Positions 39,801-47,748 of a stretch of DNA of 64,000 nucleotides are shown piece after piece. The translations under genes and the position numbers were made by a program. The stretch is taken from the NCBI GenBank assembly GCA_963667705.1, contig OY763937.1:515821-579820 (forward strand), read 5' to 3'. The stretch's first letter is position 1; each line of letters begins with the position of its first letter. The notes beneath the pieces were generated by a model, which worked only from the letters and a program-made list of their open reading frames with translations, ran no database searches and was not told the origin of the DNA. Origin of the DNA: Alphaproteobacteria bacterium. GTDB taxonomy: Bacteria; Pseudomonadota; Alphaproteobacteria; UBA828.

Positions 39801-40253
39801 CTAGAAAGGTACCGTGCCGCTGTCGAGTGCGTCGGTAGCGGCGGCCGCAACCGGCGCCGCTGCCTCACCGTTGGGGGCCTTGGCACCGCTGCCGTTGTGC
39901 GTCGCCGGGCGCTCCAGGAACTGGATCCGTGAGCCCGGAACGAGGATGATCTCGGTCGAGTAGCGGTCGCTGTCCTCGCCCTCCTTGCGCCACTTCCGGG
40001 TCTGCAGCTTGCCCGCGACGTAGACCAGCCGCCCCTTCTTCGCGTGCTTCTCCAGCATGTCGATCAGGCCGCTCTGGAAGCTGACGACCCTGTGCCACTC
40101 CGTCCTGTCGACCCTCTGGCCGGTCTTGTCGATGAAGGACTCGTCGGTCGCTACCGACATGTTGGCGACGCGCCCGCCGGAGGCGAGGCTGTTGATGGCG
40201 ACGTCGGCGCCCAGGCGCCCGATGATCTGCGCGGAGTTCAATCCGAAGGACAT
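39801..40253 (-). CDS. ssb: Single-stranded DNA-binding protein (SSB)
   Basis: OB-fold N-terminus (IIGRLGADV...WHRVVSF), a Gly/Ala-rich tail, an acidic C-terminal end, and an AGGAGA RBS 6 nt upstream of the ATG at 40253. Confidence 0.6.
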   Translation of the reverse strand: MSFGLNSAQIIGRLGADVAINSLASGGRVANMSVATDESFIDKTGQRVDRTEWHRVVSFQSGLIDMLEKHAKKGRLVYVAGKLQTRKWRKEGEDSDRYSTEIILVPGSRIQFLERPATHNGSGAKAPNGEAAAPVAAAATDALDSGTVPF

Positions 40254-40617
40254 TGTTCGTCTCCTCATATCCAGGTTTCTGACGATGGGTGACGAGCGGA
40301 CCGGGGACACTCTCTCGACCCCCTCCCTGCTCACTCTTCGCGAAGCCCTTCTCGAACTCTCCTCTGCCGCCTGCCTCGACGGTCACGGGACAGGCGCGGA
40401 GCTTGCGGACCTCGCGGACCGTACGGATGACGGCGCAGGATGCCGTGAAGGCCGAGTGGCGTCGGTTTACGACGGCGCGGCGCCGGGGTCGGAGGAACGG
40501 GTGGAAGCGGCCGCACCCTCGCGGCGCGAAGCGCTGCACGTGGACACGGGGTGGGGCGCGGTCTCGGTGGCCGATTACCGCGTCCCCCCAGCAGCAGCCC
40601 CGGCGCCGGCGAGCGGG

Positions 40618-41427
40618 TCAGGACCAGGCCGCGTAGCGCGTCATCGCGGAGGTGTCGGACATGATCTCCACCTGGTCGTGTCCGAGCCCGGCGAAGACCA
40701 GGCAGGCGGCCACCTCGGCCTCTGAGTCGAAGCTGCCGTGACAGACTCCGGTGTCGATCTCGATCACCGTGAAGCGCGCGGGCCAGGCCGGCAGCCCGCG
40801 GTGCTCGGACGAGCGCACGTAGCTGCGCCGCGCGCAGGGCTCGCATCTGGATGCGTTCCCGGCCGGGGCGCTGCATTCGGTGCACAACTTCCTGGCGCGC
40901 CGACGCCAATATATCTTCCGGGCGTAATCCCTGCGCGACGGGCGGCCCGACTGTAGCCTGGCGCAGGCCTCGCAGCGCGCGGCGCCATCGGGCACGGGAT
41001 CGCCGCACGCGCCACATCGGCCATCGAAGCGGCGTGCAGCCCAGCGCTGCTTGTCGCCGTCGTTTCGCCTTGACCGGCAAGGCTCGCAGCGGCTGCTCCC
41101 TTCGGTGGGCGGGCGAACGCCGCACCGGACGCAGGCGCCGGCGGCGTGGCGCTCGTGGTAGCGCCTCTTGCTGCCGGCGCGGGCGTTGCGGCGCTTGGCC
41201 TCTGCGCGCTTGCCGCCGTAGAGGGCACCGGAGGCCTTGGCCCGGGCGTATCTGGCGCGGTCCGCCCTGCGCCTCCTCTCGCCGCATTCGGCACAGAGGC
41301 GGCGATCGGCCTCGGGCGGGGCTGCTCCGCACTTGGGGCATGTCCCCGCTGCGATCCTCTCCTCAGCCAGGCGCCTGTCCCGCTCGCGCTTGCAGCGGCG
41401 CCGCTTCTCCGGATCCCTGGCCGGCAT
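40618..41427 (-). CDS. Hypothetical protein with four tandem CxxC...CxxC zinc-ribbon repeats and a C-terminal globular region
   Basis: Repeats CPKCG..CAECG, CVRCG..CEPC, CGACG..CEAC and CTECS..CEPC, each followed by an Arg-rich spacer. GGAGGA RBS 7 nt before the ATG at 41427. Confidence 0.5.
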   Translation of the reverse strand: MPARDPEKRRRCKRERDRRLAEERIAAGTCPKCGAAPPEADRRLCAECGERRRRADRARYARAKASGALYGGKRAEAKRRNARAGSKRRYHERHAAGACVRCGVRPPTEGSSRCEPCRSRRNDGDKQRWAARRFDGRCGACGDPVPDGAARCEACARLQSGRPSRRDYARKIYWRRRARKLCTECSAPAGNASRCEPCARRSYVRSSEHRGLPAWPARFTVIEIDTGVCHGSFDSEAEVAACLVFAGLGHDQVEIMSDTSAMTRYAAWS

Positions 41428-41513
41428 CCGACGATCCTCCGTGCCATGGTGCAGGTGACGGGGATGGGGGGGCGGCCGGAGCGCCCGTATCGGACGCCCC
41501 CGCCGAATGCCTG

Positions 41514-41840
41514 TCAGCGCTGGCGCGACATATGACCCCAGACAGCGAGGCAACCCCAGTATTGCACCCCGCTGTCTTCGAGGTTCACGGCGGTGCAGAC
41601 GATGATCTCGTCACGCGCGGGCCGCATCTGCTTGACGTTGCTCAGGCTGGTGACCGTGTTCCGGGACCGGCGCCTCTTCTTCCCCCGCGCGGGGGGCGTG
41701 GCGATCGGCACGGGACTGATCTCGCCGTCGGCGGACGAGTGGAAGCGCTCGACGACATACTTGTCGCCCTCGAGGCCGCGCCCGAAAATATGAACGAGAA
41801 ATGTTTCGGTGTTGCCGCGCTTCGCGCCGCCGATCTGCAT
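41514..41840 (-). CDS. Hypothetical small protein (108 aa), upstream of and co-oriented with the zinc-ribbon protein
   Basis: GGAGGG RBS directly upstream of the ATG at 41840. The longer ORF upstream of this start has junk-like composition. Confidence 0.4.
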   Translation of the reverse strand: MQIGGAKRGNTETFLVHIFGRGLEGDKYVVERFHSSADGEISPVPIATPPARGKKRRRSRNTVTSLSNVKQMRPARDEIIVCTAVNLEDSGVQYWGCLAVWGHMSRQR

Positions 41841-42998
41841 GACTCCCTCCGCCAGGTGGATGGTTGGAAGCTGCGGGACCGCCTCTCTCCCCGAGCGCCG
41901 CCTCCGCCGCGCTCCGTCCCGGCCTTCCTCTTCCTCCCGAGGAAGCTCAAGCGGCGGGTCGCAGAGAAAAAATGCGGGTGCCGCTTCGGCGCATGTCGTC
42001 TCTTTTCGCGTATGCCGCGGGGTGCAGGATTGGCCCGAACGAAGGTGCCTTTCAATTGCGAACGTTCCGCCTACGTTCGCCTGTATGGATACTCTCGATC
42101 GCTCCATCCGTGACTTGAATCCGGCTCGTCCGAAGCGCTCCGGGCTCTCAGGCCGGCGCTTCGGGGTGCTCGGCGAGCCCGCCTTCGCCGCCTTGCTCAT
42201 GCACGCGCCCACAAGCCCGGATGCTCGGGGCGAACCGTCCCGCGGGTACGGATCATGGCTCATGCGCGGCAGATTGTGTCTGCCGATGTTCTCGTTTTGT
42301 AAGTGGACGAATTTGCGAACGGCAAATTCGTCCATTCCCGGGCCTTCGAGGTGCCGCTCCAATGCACCGCGACTGTCGCGGGCAGAGGACGGCACTGGCA
42401 TGGGCAAGACGCGCAACGGCTGGCTGACCACGGAGCAGGCGGCGGCGCACGTGGCGTCGAGCTCGCGCACCCCTGAGCGCGATCAGGCGCGGCGCGGCGG
42501 GCCAGCCTGTGTCTGCTGTTGCGAGCGCGTGCACGAGCTGCGGGACGACCTCGACAGCCGCATCGCGGAGGACGAGCGCCCCGCCGCCGCCGACTCGAAG
42601 GACGATTGCGGCCGCGACGGGAACGAAACCCGAAAGGCAAAAAAAATAATTCGGTGTATGGAAGATCCTTAAAGCGTCGACATGGGCGGACATGAGCGGA
42701 CATAAGCGGACATATGAGGGCAGCAAGCTATTGACATCGAACGGGTTCCTCCGGGTGTCACCCTTGAATCAATTGGTTCCCCTGACCATTTTCAACGACC
42801 GGACGGAGGTGTGGGGGCGATGTTAAGCGCGGCAAGTCCCGATTACATGAACGAGCTTCTCACCGGTCTCTTTGTTGGTGGCGCCGAGAGACCGGGATCG
42901 CAGGCGGTGGGGGCTGGAGGCGTCGCGCGGACCGGGCACAAGCCGTGCCGCTGCCGACCGATTGAGGCGCCATTCTCGAATGAGGGGAGATACACACA

Positions 42999-44975
42999 AT
43001 GAGAACCGTCGAACTGTCCATTTGCGCCCTCCTGCTCGCCGCAGGCGGAGGCTGGGCGATCTGGCTCACAACCGGCTACAGGCCGGACGACATCGCCGCC
43101 GCCGGTCTCGCGCTCGCGGCCGCGGCGTCGCTGGTGACCTTCTTCGTGACCGACCGCAAGCGCTCCGGAGACTGGATCCGCTTCGGCATCTACAGCGCGG
43201 GCCTGTCGGTGTCGGTGGCCTCGTTCTGGACCGCCATCGTGCGCCCCTTGGGGAACGTCCGGTGGCCCGATGGTGCCCTGGACTGGCTCCTTGGGCTCGA
43301 AGGGGCCGGGCTGGTCCTGCCGGTGCTCTCGATACCCGCCGTCATGGTGCTGGCCCTGCTCTGGGGCGGGGCGGCGGTCCACGTGATCAGGCATCCCGGC
43401 GGCGGTGAGCGGCGCCGCCGGGCGCGGTCCGACCTGCACGGCAGGGCCGCGCTGCTTGACCGGCGCTCCATGCGCCGGCTGACGAAGGGACGGGGCATCC
43501 TGCTCGGACAGTCGGGGGCGCGCAGGAACGACAGGTTGATCGCCTGGCCCCTCGAGGGCTCGGCCATCACCGTCGCCCCGCCCCGCGCAGGCAAGGGCGC
43601 GCTCATCGCGCTCAACCTGCTCTCGCCCGAGGGGCGCGGCTTCGACGGCTCCACCGTCACCATCGACCCGCGCGGCGAGCTCTGGTGCATCGCCTCGCGG
43701 CGGCGCCGCGAGATGGGCCGGCGCACCGTGCTGGTCGATCCCTTCGGCGTGGTGAACAAGCACAAGGAGGATTTCGGGGCGTACCACCTGCCGGAGGTGG
43801 GGAACTCCAGGTACAACCCGCTCTCCTTCATCCGCGATGACGAGGGCCTCGCGGTGCGCGACATCAACGTGCTGCTCGACGCCCTGCTGACGCCGCCCAG
43901 AGCGGGCGGGCCCGAGAACAGCAGGCACTTCTACGAGTCCGCCCGCGCCATCATCGCCGGATACATCGCCTGGGTGCGCTTCCGCGAGCCGCGCGAGTTC
44001 CAGACCCTGGGCATGGTCCATCGCATGCTCTCCATGGGTCTGGAGGAGCGGGAGGAGTTCTCGGAGCTGGTACGGCGCACGGAGCGCTTCGCCGGCGGGC
44101 TCGCGCACATCGCCGTCGAGCGCCAGGCGCAGGTGGGCAAGGAGGAAGGCGGGTCCAACTTCAGCACCGTCGCCAACCAGCTTTCCTTCCTCAACTACCC
44201 GGAGCTGCTCGCCGGCACCGACGGGACGGACTTCGATCCGCTGATGCTGGCCGACGGCGACACCGACCTGTTCGTGGTCGTGCCGGAGGATACCGTGGAG
44301 CACGTCAAGGGCTGGCTCCGCCTCTGGGTCGCGATCCCCAACGCCATCGCGAGCATCACGCCGCTTGAGCGCGACATGCTGATCGTGATCGACGAGATGC
44401 CGAGGCTCGGCTACCTGAAGCCGGTCATGGACGGCTACACGATGGCCGCCGGCAAGGGGGTGCACTTCTGGTGCTTCGCCCAGTCGATCTCGGCGCTGGA
44501 CTCGACCTGGGGCAAGGAGCACCGCAAGACCCTGCTGGACCTCGCCGAGGTGGTTCAGATCCTGGGCTTCCCGCGCACCGACGCGGAGGGGGCGGAGGCG
44601 ATGTCGAAGGCCATCGGCACCGCCACCTATGAGGGGCGGACCGAGAGCCGCTCGGGCACCGTCTCCGACAGCGGCGGCGTTGCAGGCAACGCGCAGTGGC
44701 AGGCAGGAGAATCCTTCGGCCTCGTGCGCGAGCGTCTGGCGACGCCGGACGAGCTGATGACGCTGGCACCGGACCGGCAGTACGTGATCGGTGCGGCCAA
44801 GGACATCAAGCGCGACGCGCTCTATCTCCATCACGCGCGTTACTGGGAGCGGCCGGACACGTACTACCTTGCCGATCCCAACCCCTACGTGCTGCGCAAG
44901 GAGCGGGCGGCGGCCAACGCCGCTGCGGGCAGTCGATCGAGCCGGCCGATGACGGCCGCAGGAGGCATGCGATGA
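42999..44975 (+). CDS. traG: Type IV coupling protein TraG/VirD4 family (conjugal transfer ATPase)
   Basis: N-terminal TM helices, Walker A (PPRAGKGA), Walker B (LIVIDEMPRLG), and TraG/VirD4-like length and architecture. Confidence 0.9.
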   Translation: MRTVELSICALLLAAGGGWAIWLTTGYRPDDIAAAGLALAAAASLVTFFVTDRKRSGDWIRFGIYSAGLSVSVASFWTAIVRPLGNVRWPDGALDWLLGLEGAGLVLPVLSIPAVMVLALLWGGAAVHVIRHPGGGERRRRARSDLHGRAALLDRRSMRRLTKGRGILLGQSGARRNDRLIAWPLEGSAITVAPPRAGKGALIALNLLSPEGRGFDGSTVTIDPRGELWCIASRRRREMGRRTVLVDPFGVVNKHKEDFGAYHLPEVGNSRYNPLSFIRDDEGLAVRDINVLLDALLTPPRAGGPENSRHFYESARAIIAGYIAWVRFREPREFQTLGMVHRMLSMGLEEREEFSELVRRTERFAGGLAHIAVERQAQVGKEEGGSNFSTVANQLSFLNYPELLAGTDGTDFDPLMLADGDTDLFVVVPEDTVEHVKGWLRLWVAIPNAIASITPLERDMLIVIDEMPRLGYLKPVMDGYTMAAGKGVHFWCFAQSISALDSTWGKEHRKTLLDLAEVVQILGFPRTDAEGAEAMSKAIGTATYEGRTESRSGTVSDSGGVAGNAQWQAGESFGLVRERLATPDELMTLAPDRQYVIGAAKDIKRDALYLHHARYWERPDTYYLADPNPYVLRKERAAANAAAGSRSSRPMTAAGGMR

Positions 44976-45712
44976 CGACGAAAAGGCCAAGGATGCCGAA
45001 CGGCATCGACCGGGACGCGGATCGTGAGACGCGGCCCGTGAACGGGCAGCGGCACGAGGCGTGGAGAGAATCCCGCGGCGGCAATGCCGGGACGGACGAA
45101 GCTGCGGGCGCGGCCAGGCCCGGTTCGCGCAGCAACCCGCGGCAACCGGCATCCTGCTTCGGGGTGATTTTCGCCGCGACGGGTAAGCGCGTCGGCGATG
45201 TGCGGGTACGCAGCGCAATGCCGCATATGGAGCGCTACTTCCGGGGGCTGCTCGACGAGCAGGGACGGCTTGGACTGCCGCCGCCGCAGGCGGCGCAGGA
45301 AACCGCGGTCGAGCCGGCAGAGGCGCCCGGTGGGGGCGCCGCCTGTATGGAAGCGCCGCCCGAGCCGCCGCGGGACGAGGCTCATGAGCCCTGTGAGGCG
45401 GCGGTGAGTGCGACGGCGGAGTTGAAGGCCGTGCTCCTGACCTTCAAGGCCGACTTCGTGCGCTGGACCCGGAACGAGAGGCGGGGCCGCAGGCGCCGGG
45501 CGGGTCTCATGATGGCCGCCGGCTTCCCCGCCTGTCTCCTTCTCGGCCTTCTGATCCAGGTGCAGTTCGAGGTCGTTCCCCCGCACGACCCCACCAGCGG
45601 CTGGGGCAAGCACATCCAGGACACCTACGGCCGGACCATCGGCAACTGCGAGATCGAGGCGATGCTGACGAAAAGCGAGGTCGATTGTCTGCTGACGGTG
45701 GGTCGGCCGTGA
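44972..45712 (+). CDS. Hypothetical protein, translationally coupled to traG (ATGA overlap)
   Basis: The ATG overlaps the traG stop. Contains a C-terminal hydrophobic segment. Confidence 0.35.
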   Translation: MTTKRPRMPNGIDRDADRETRPVNGQRHEAWRESRGGNAGTDEAAGAARPGSRSNPRQPASCFGVIFAATGKRVGDVRVRSAMPHMERYFRGLLDEQGRLGLPPPQAAQETAVEPAEAPGGGAACMEAPPEPPRDEAHEPCEAAVSATAELKAVLLTFKADFVRWTRNERRGRRRRAGLMMAAGFPACLLLGLLIQVQFEVVPPHDPTSGWGKHIQDTYGRTIGNCEIEAMLTKSEVDCLLTVGRP

Positions 45713-45778
45713 CGGCGGCGGAGAGAACGCGGCGGGGAATGCGGCCCCGTCCCGAACGAAACAGAGGGAGATATTGCC

Positions 45779-45991
45779 ATGAGCATCGGTAAGGTGCGCG
45801 AGCTGCTGCGCCGCGAGGAGGTCGAGAAGCGCTACAGCGTCTCGCGAAGCTGGATCTACAGTCAGATGCGCGCCGGGCGCTTCCCGGAGCCGATCAGGAT
45901 CAGCCTGCGCGCCGTGAGATGGCGGGTGGTTGACCTCGACAAGTGGGCCAAGGAAAGGCCTGTCGCGCACGGAGAGATCGGCCAGCGCTGA
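45779..45991 (+). CDS. alpA: AlpA-family helix-turn-helix regulator (prophage CP4-57 type, excisionase-like)
   Basis: 70 aa with the VSRSWIYSQMRAGRFPEPIRIS motif characteristic of AlpA/MerR-like phage regulatory proteins. Confidence 0.8.
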   Translation: MSIGKVRELLRREEVEKRYSVSRSWIYSQMRAGRFPEPIRISLRAVRWRVVDLDKWAKERPVAHGEIGQR

Positions 45992-46983
45992 TCGACGCCG
46001 GCGATGTGCTCACCTGCGCAAACGATCGAATAAGCGCGATCGATCCGGGTAATCGTCGACAATCCGACCCGGTGCGTTCGCATGTTCAGGGAAAAGGACT
46101 CGCACGGTCGGCGCCTCACGCGCGGTGGCAGCGCCCGAATTCGGTACGAGGCCAACCCGCAAGGTCCTCCATGTTCCGATCCGCCTTGTTGGGCGGAATG
46201 TGGGGCCGATCGCCGGCAAGACGAGAAAGCGGCGCCTACGCAGTGAGTTATCCGAGGCGAAGGCTTCCACTCCCATAACCATCGGATAAGCCCCAATGAT
46301 GCTGCACGGCGTCCGACGCACGACTCAAGGCGGAGGTAGTGGTTAGCCTATTCCCTCCTGGAAGACTTTCACCCGCTACCCAACTGCCAGTTAGCTTCGT
46401 GCACAGACTTCCTGACCCCGTGCTGGAAGGTTACGGCCTTGCCCATTAGCCATGATATTGAAGTCGAGGGCATATCTCCTGCCATCAATCTCCGTGATCA
46501 AATGCGGCGCGGCTGCCACTTCCAATTTTGAAACGATGGGACATTTCGAGCCGGAGCCGCTCCAGGTAACCGGAAAGCCGCAGAAATCGACGCTTTCCTC
46601 TCGTCTGGCAAGCGGGCGCCTTATGCAAACCGTGTCATCTCAAATTGGCAGAGTTCAGAAAGTCTGAGGTTATCGGCGTTGCCGCACTCGTCGTCATCTT
46701 CCAACGCTGGTGAGTCGATCACCGCAGTCTATGGAGATTGACTAGACCGTCACCTCAATGTATTGACCCGGTGAGTCAATTTAGAGCGCTTGGCATTATC
46801 AGCTTGCACTTGCGGGACACAGCAATAGGATGCAGGCGACGGAAACGTACAGATTATCGGTGACCGTGAATGGGCATCCACCCGCGGTAACCCGGCCAGT
46901 TCCTGTACTACTTCGAATTTGCGTTGAGTCTGCACAAGATGGCGCGTCGGTGAGCCTTTGCAGCGTAAGGGAGACAAGTCATT

Positions 46984-47397
46984 ATGGCCGTATTTTCTGA
47001 AACAGAATGTAGGCATTGCGGGAGCAAAGACCATGCTTCAGATGATTGCCCGCACGATCATGGCTTCTTAGGCATCGGAGCATCAACTGAGTGCGCTCAC
47101 TGCGGAAGCAAGGAGCATTCAACCGAAAACTGTCCGCATGATCGTGGTCTCTTAGGCATCGGTGCATCAAAGGTGTGCGCCCACTGCGGAAGCAGAGAAC
47201 ACGCATCAGATTGCTGTCCGCATGATCACGGGCTTTCAGGTGTCGGTGGATCGACGCAGTGCGCTCACTGTGGGAGCAGCAACCATGCGTCGGATGATTG
47301 CCCGCACGATCATGGTTTCTTAGGCATCGGTGCATCAATTGAGTGTGCTCACTGCGGAAGCAAGGAGCACGCGACAGAAGATTGTCCACATGAGTAG
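46984..47397 (+). CDS. Protein made of five tandem CCHC zinc knuckles (CX2CGX3HX4C, retroviral-nucleocapsid/CNBP type), each followed by a PHDHGFLGIGAS linker
   Basis: The translated sequence shows five repeats of CAHCGSKEHxxxxCPHDHGxLGIGAS. GGGAGA RBS upstream of the ATG. The antisense ORF is a shadow of the repeat. Confidence 0.7.
   Translation: MAVFSETECRHCGSKDHASDDCPHDHGFLGIGASTECAHCGSKEHSTENCPHDRGLLGIGASKVCAHCGSREHASDCCPHDHGLSGVGGSTQCAHCGSSNHASDDCPHDHGFLGIGASIECAHCGSKEHATEDCPHE
47008..47394 (+). repeat. 81-bp tandem DNA repeat, about 4.8 copies, encoding the zinc-knuckle units
   Basis: Direct reading of the sequence. Confidence 0.8.
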
Positions 47398-47748
47398 TCG
47401 GTTGATCAGAGCCACAGGTCAGTACTCTCCCAGCGCATCGGTGGCAGGGTGCGCCATCCTCGTCCTGTTTGCCGGGCCCGCAGAGTGCCGCGGTTTTTCA
47501 CCGTTGCAAGCGATACTCGCGGGCCCCTTCGGTGAGGCATTCCGAGGCACCGCGTTGTCCCGAGGAATCCATGAACGCACATACACGCCCCTTAGCTGGG
47601 GCTGGGGAGGGGTTCGGCTTGCCCCGACGGTCGTACGGTGGCGAAGGCAGGAGGAAGCGGCGGATCGGTTCGTCCGCGACGACACGCGTCACCTTGGGAG
47701 ATCGGCAACGGCCAAGAAGGCTTTTCACCGATGCGTAAGCTGGTCGGA

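Noticed and set aside
42811-43002. 63-aa ORF upstream of traG
   Set aside because: Very short with no motif. It is probably the 5' leader or RBS region of traG.
42999-44975. Possibility that the T4CP gene marks a complete conjugative T4SS
   Set aside because: No VirB/Trb homologues could be found in any frame of the window. The element is interpreted as mobilizable rather than self-transmissible.
46452-46667. 71-aa ORF in the islet non-coding region
   Set aside because: No RBS, low-complexity composition. The region is better treated as non-coding or regulatory.
46982-47389. 135-aa minus-strand ORF through the 81-bp repeat
   Set aside because: Reverse-strand shadow of the zinc-knuckle repeat. 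It has no RBS and no recognisable motif. The + strand encodes perfect CX2CX4HX4C units.
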